Assembly: GCA_045837725.1 (NCBI GenBank)
Contig: JBEWZL010000003.1
Coordinates: forward strand, 310,001 to 374,000
DNA length: 64,000 nucleotides
Source of the DNA: Vermamoeba vermiformis
Taxonomy: Eukaryota
Direction: 5' to 3'
The notes below the pieces were generated by a model. That model was not told where the DNA came from. It ran no database searches and saw nothing but the letters and a program-made list of their open reading frames with translations. Positions 58,248 through 64,000 of this stretch are shown piece after piece. The translations under genes and the position numbers were made by a program. Every line of letters starts with the position of its first letter. Position 1 is the first letter of the stretch.

Positions 58248-61200
58248 TTACGAGGACGTTTTTGTGCTTGATTTTTCGCGTCCAATTTGCAGCTGAGTAA
58301 ATCCACAGTCTCGCAGCGTGTCCAATTCATCTTCAGCCATGGAATTGATGCACAAGGTCGGTCGAGTGCCAGTGACAGCTTTGATATTTTTCACGACAGT
58401 CTCGTCAAATTGCAATTTGATGCCGTCCAGCGAGACAATTTTCATTTGTTTCGCGTACTTGAGCACACTCAGCAACAACGGTGCGCCGTTTGTAATTTTT
58501 TCACACCAACTGATGTCAATGTGCTTCAACAGCGGGGACCAGCGGACCATGTACTTCACAGCGGCGAGTGACACTAGTGACTTGTGAAGCCGCAACACGC
58601 GCAGAGTGGTGCTGTAGAGCGGTGTGTCGATGGAGGTGAAGTTGAGATTGAGACAGGTCAGTTTTTTCATCCACGGCACTTGTCGCGCCAGTTCGGGCTG
58701 GAATGGCACGGCAACGAGACTGAGATGCACCAAATTTGGACATTTTTTGGGCAAGCCGCGGATGAGGTCATCTGGAACAAAAATCAGTCACGTGACAAAA
58801 AATATTTGCAAAGTATTAACGTACCTCCAATATTTTGATTTCCATCGAGAATTAACTCTCGCAGAACTGTGCCACAGATATTTAGGAGTTGCATAATACC
58901 TTCGCCTAAAAAGGAAATGTTAGCATGATATAGCATTCCAAATTAGGTAATTCGTACCGGTGACTTTGTAACAGTAGCCGAGTCGCAGTGAAGTGACATT
59001 TTGACACTTTGGCGCTAATTTGAGCAACAAATTGTCATCGAGTATAGTGCTGCCATCAAAATTGAGACTTTCAATGCCATCACCATATTCAGCGATGAAT
59101 TGAATGTCCTTTGCTGTCACATTGCCCAGGGACTGCGACAAAATGATTTCAAAACAGGACTGGAACACTGATGACGTGAAGGGTCGTTTTGAAGCAATCA
59201 TGTCCACCACGAGAATTTTCACGGCGTCTTTGTTCTTCAAGGCACGGTACACGCGCAGTGTCTTTTCAATGAGGGCCGAGGCATAGCGCGTATCTTCGAC
59301 ATTGTGCGCCATTTCAATGCACACGTCTGCAAAGGCGTTCAACAGGGCCTCACTGAATAAATGACATTAGCACTAGGCATTGTGTGACACGTGTCAACCT
59401 GACCCCGACCAGAAAAATACAATTTCACATAATTTGGAAAATGTTAAGAATCAGACAAAAAAAATTTTAAATCGCCGATTGAGTCATAAGCTGGTCGTAT
59501 CAACGTGAGCCGAAAGATTAGCAGTCTTAGGCTTTAGTTGATTTTGCGCAGTACAAGTGTGCTACCATTACACCACAGGACCGAAGGCCCCGCCAGGAAT
59601 CGAACCTGGACCTCTCGATCAGGAGTCGAGAGATGTACGCGCAGAGAACCAGCTCGTGCAGACATGAGAGCGGCGCAAGGTGGTCGTGCGCGTTAAAGGA
59701 AGTCGTTCAAAAGTTAGATCGGTTTGACACGTGAAAGATATTCGTGTGACACGTGTCAAAGTTTGACATGCCACTACGTACCTTCCAGGATTGATCAACA
59801 AGGACGCTTGGAGCAGTTCTTGACTCTGTTTGTACAGTCGATAGCGCTCTTGTGGCTGAATGAGCATCTTTGCAGTTATTCTGAAGGCCTGAGCCTCCGC
59901 GACAGACACAATTGGCAACTTTTTGATGCGCGGTTGTAACGAGACAATGTCCGGTGAAACAAACACGAATTCACGGCGATGATCTTGCAAGTCTTCGAGC
60001 GCTGTTTCAGAGAACCGAATTCCCGTCATTTCCTAAAAAGGAAATGTCAGTCTTAAGCACTTGCGTAAAATAGTGTCGCTTACTTGAATGCGTGTGAAGA
60101 CGCGGTGAATGCCTGTTGCCATGATCATGTAGCGCAGTGGACATTGCACAATTTCACCGAGCTTGGTCTCGTCCAACGAGCCAGGCAGTGCGGTGCTGAC
60201 GCAGGGACAGCTGAGCTCTTGTTGTTTGCAGTCACAGTACGCGGCACCTCTGTTCAGCTGTGCACTGCGCGAGACTGAATGACCTTTTTTGGCGTGACAT
60301 TCTTGCGCGCATACCGAGCAAATACCCTGCAAAGATTAGATTTACTAATTTGGAAAGTGGGTGCGTGCTTACTTGTCCGCCCATCAGACCACACGTGTAG
60401 CATTCGTGCATTGCAATCGGCACTTGTTTGTCACCGACGAATATAGCAGGACACACGTGATTAATAATTGCAAAACCTAATTATACAAAAGGTGAGCACG
60501 TGTAATGATCTGACTTTCCATAAAGGCAATCGTTACCTGCTTGTATGACGGGTGTTGGTGCTTCAGCGACTAGCTCGGAGTGTGTCGGGAATCCAGGGAA
60601 ATAGACCGAGAGTCGCTTGTGAATCTCGTTCCAGAGATCAATCGTGTGCGAGGCGTAGTTGAAATTTCCCAGCAATCGATTGAACACGTCAATCAGGACT
60701 TCTCGGTACGGTTCTTGAGACAGGACCCTATAATCGAGTTAATAGATGTGTATAGTATTATCAATAGTTCTGTCGTACTTTTTGGACCGTTTAGTCTCGC
60801 GCAAGAGCTCGCGAATGTAATTCTTGATGCCACGTGCCACCATCTCAATCAGCAGCAACTGTTTGAAGAACGATGATTGCATGTTCTTGCGCACCACTGC
60901 TAAATATCTAGCGCATAACATTAGTTTAAAAAATTCCCGATCCAAAATAAAAATTAAATCTCACCTAGTATTGACACCTTGTGCGCGTAAGAAATGAGTG
61001 ACTTCGAATGCGTTAGTCATAGTCTCCGTCATTTGGCGTTGGATCATCGTAGCTATTTTAGGAATGCTCGAGTTCAACAGATAATCCGTCGCTGACTTGA
61101 CCGCGTGCTGATGTTCGAGTCGATTGGGGTCATTAACGTCAAAGCGAGGACTGAACGCATCTGTCGGTTTGAAGTGTCAGTGCCGAGTACATATTAATCC

Positions 61201-63276
61201 ACTATGTATTATACTTACCTGAACTCAGTGCTTTGTGATACTGGCGAATGAACTCGGGTCTAAACAGGCGGTACAAAAAACAACTGCGCAGTGATGGCAC
61301 GGGCAAGGTCGGGGGCATTAACCGTGCTAAATCTACGACACAAAAGATTAGTTTCAGTTCTACGCTGCTTTTAAGGCAATATTACCTAATAAGTAAAATC
61401 TCCCATCCTCACCGCGATGTCCTTCAATATCCACAGGAAATCCAATCGTCTTGCTGTCCTCTACTGTCATGCCAGCCACGTGTGGGGCTAAATTTAGCCT
61501 CTTTGACAGCTGTCAAACAGAGTGTCAGCCGGACAATCAATCAATGGCCGTGAAAAAATTATTTACCTGATCCATCACTTTGTTGACTTCAATGTCATCA
61601 GCATGAACGTATCTATATAAGAAGTGTTATTAATAAGAGTTAGTTAATAAAGTCTAATGTCACGTGCCTGCCACCGTCAGACGAGCCGTAAATGAGTGTG
61701 TTGTCTGAGACTGGCAACAACGACATGGCGATCAAACGAAAGCCTAGATAATCGATCTGCAAATATCACTGTCGGTCAGTAAATGGACGAGCACGTGATT
61801 GTGATCGAGTACAGCGTCGTACCAGCGTCATTAATGGCGTGCAAATGGCTTCCATGTCACAGTTTTGAACTGTCATCAAACTCAACATTTCATGACTCGC
61901 TGCCTAGATGATGCATTGACATTAGTAACTATAATATTTATATATATATAGGCGCGTCTATTGTTGTCATATCGTGCGTACTTTCATGGCCTCGTGATCA
62001 CCGCCGTAAATGCCTTTCCAATCAGTTGCAAATTTGAACAAAATTCCATTGTAAATGTATTTCTCACCTACAATAAAATATTAATATAACTCCATAGTAA
62101 CATATCTCTATTGTTAATCTAATAATATGACACGTGTCATACCGCCGGCGTTTCCTCCGAGATTAGTGAATGGTTTAATCGTTCTATATTTAGCAGGCAC
62201 GAACACTTCTGATATGATAATGCGACCGTATGTTTGGGCTGCGAATAAATAATTAATTAATTATTTTCCAAATAAGGAAAAAAATTAAAAATAAAATCAT
62301 AATTTTCTAATTATGGCTCATACCAGCGTGTTCAAAGTTCTGCGCGACAGTTGCAATGGCTTTAAATCTTTTGGCGCGCAGTTCAGCGTTATCTTGCGGC
62401 AATCTCAAACATTGCTGATATTCTTCGTTCCAATCACGAGGTTCTCCGAGCTCGGGTCCAATCTCATCGCTCATTCTTTGCAAAGTTTCCAATTCTTTTG
62501 TCTAAAAAAGGTAATCGTTCAGTGAATACAAAGCCTTGTATAACTTTGCAAAAATTTTCTTACCGAATCATTCAATGAGGCCTTCAACAAATCCAACTGT
62601 TCCTTATATAATATCACTTGTCCATTATCACTATTACTCTGTTCACTCGTATTCAATATGTACGACAAAGTTTTGAAAAAGTCAGTGCTGATCTTCATCG
62701 TAGTATTAATGATTTCTTTTTGTTTTTCCGCGTTGATGACACTCGTCTCAAATGTCGTGCTGCTAGTCAATGTTGTCGCTGGTCTCGGTGATATCGGCAA
62801 TGATTTAGTGCGACTCAATTGATGCGAAGATCTGAGCACGTGAGGGGTCGTCGGAGAACCTCCGTGACTGCTCGTTGAAGTCGTGTTGGTGCCACTGACT
62901 GATTGCGATCGACTCGGGGAAAATTCCGAGAAATCAGCGGACAACTCATTGCTCTCCTGGTACATGTATCCTATTGATAATTATATTATTAGATTTATTC
63001 GAAAAAATTAAATTAAATTTTGTATGATATTATACCTTTATACTGCGAGGCTCTTTGTGCTTTAGCCAAACATTCGCGCAATATTTCAATATTTTCATTG
63101 CTCATTAATCGTCTATTGCGCACTTGGATCTCATTGTTGCTGTTAATTGAAGAGACAGATCCAGGACTTGGCGTGACTGGAAAAGTAGCTTCTTCATTGT
63201 AATTATATGAACCAATCGATGAAGAACTCGATGTTAATCCACTGGTCGAATAACGAGAGCTGTGATCGTCTGCCAT
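58248..63276 (-). CDS. Clu-domain protein with UBR-box-like Zn finger and C-terminal LRRs (start uncertain)
   Basis: Clu RDWNEEYQ, YGRIIISE, GGEKYIYNGILFKFA, IDYLGFRLIAMS, GEDFTYYLVDLARL and LRAQGVN; UBR-like HECYTC..ICSVCAQECH..YCDC; LRRs CQNVTSLRLGYCYKVT. Confidence 0.85.
59465..59692 (-). ncRNA. Intronic structured RNA containing a circularly permuted tRNA-like domain
   Basis: The minus strand reads hairpin, then T arm (CCAGG TTCGATT CCTGG), CGGGGCC TTC GGTCCTG, TG and D arm (GTGT AATGGTA GCAC). This is enclosed by long-range helices and followed by T8. Confidence 0.75.
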
Positions 63277-63602
63277 GTCAGGTGCGGGATATCCCTTAGA
63301 CGCTTGCCCGAAAAAAAAATTTACAAAAAATCTAAAACATTGGTAAGTGGCCCGTTTGACCAATAATATACTAAATATATAGTGATTTACCACGAGCAAT
63401 CCGGCAACTAATTATTACTGCACACAGGTAAGAGATCCCAACGAGAACGAAGTTGATCTCGCTATGTTTCGAACGGGATTTGCCAGATTTACGTCCGATT
63501 ATTAATACAAGTATACTTAATGCAAATAAATAATTAATAGTTGTTACATGCGTGTTAGTCATGCGATAATGAGCCGAAATTTTTTTCTTCATTTTTTGAC
63601 CG

Positions 63603-64000
63603 ATGTCGCAGAGAATACCACCGGTGGTTGTGTTGCGGAAGAGAGAAGGACTAGTTGGTTGCAAGACCTCCCTGTCCCGTATTCCACTAACGCGCACAAA
63701 CTCAAACTCGAACGCGCATCGGACCAAAGTTGGCAAAACATTTTGGCAGCTATTCGCCCCAAACAAAAATAATATTAGAAATGTCCACGTAGAGTAAGTC
63801 ACACGGTCACAGCTCAATTAATAATTATTTTTGTAATTTTAAAATAATAATTTGTTAATGGAAATCAAAATTATTTCTCCGGTACGGAAGCAATTGTTAT
63901 CATTGATTTAATAATAATAATTGTCGTATTATATTCATTATTATTAAAAAAACGGCTAGTTTTTTGCGGTTCTCGTGGTCGCAGTTTTGTTCGCAATTCT
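63603..64000 (+). CDS. Probable first exon of a gene running off the window (mitochondrial presequence-like)
   Basis: ATG at 63603; Arg/Ser-rich peptide ending IRNVHVE; GTAAGT donor at 63794. Confidence 0.45.

Noticed and set aside
59545-59643. Conventional BHB-processed permuted tRNA-Arg(CCT)
   Set aside because: No bulge-helix-bulge could be built at the junctions I tested, the 72-to-1 spacer is only 3 nt, and G37/U73 are atypical for Arg(CCT). Kept only as an alternative to the tRNA-mimic reading.
61211-61221. U1 snRNA 5' end match ATACTTACCTG
   Set aside because: It is the reverse complement of a splice donor in the minus-strand gene; no U1 body follows.
63594-63730. Y RNA-like stem on the minus strand (TTGGTCCGATG ... 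CATCGGTCAA with bulged C)
   Set aside because: No oligo-U terminator follows, and the GC-rich segment is explained by a + strand first coding exon (ATG 63603, donor 63794).

Overview
This is gene-dense, intron-rich eukaryotic nuclear DNA with the standard genetic code and short AT-rich GT-AG introns. It most plausibly comes from a free-living amoebozoan, an inference from the Clu-domain protein, the dispersed 5S gene and the extended ATP synthase beta subunit. I can support about 28 protein genes, including ADH class III, S10 carboxypeptidase, P450, ATP synthase beta and delta (head-to-head), a tandem Ras-Ras protein, a Bub2-like TBC protein, M19 dipeptidase, RhoGEF, ADP-ribosylglycohydrolase, thiolase, succinyl-CoA ligase beta, MPST and LRR/F-box proteins. 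There is also one solo 5S rRNA gene and one intronic tRNA-Thr(AGT). The most striking unexplained element is a ~230-nt structured RNA in an oversized intron of the Clu-domain gene (59465-59692, minus strand). It contains a circularly permuted tRNA-like domain (T arm, then an acceptor stem closed by a loop, then a D arm), has two anticodon-like loops and ends at a T8 run. Two further intergenic ncRNA candidates lie at 22669-22880 and 31356-31446. A dispersed non-coding palindrome, TGACACGTGTCA, occurs as 7 exact copies, two of which bracket the tRNA-like RNA. CDS coordinates are whole-gene spans including introns, read by eye; no database searches or folding programs were run.
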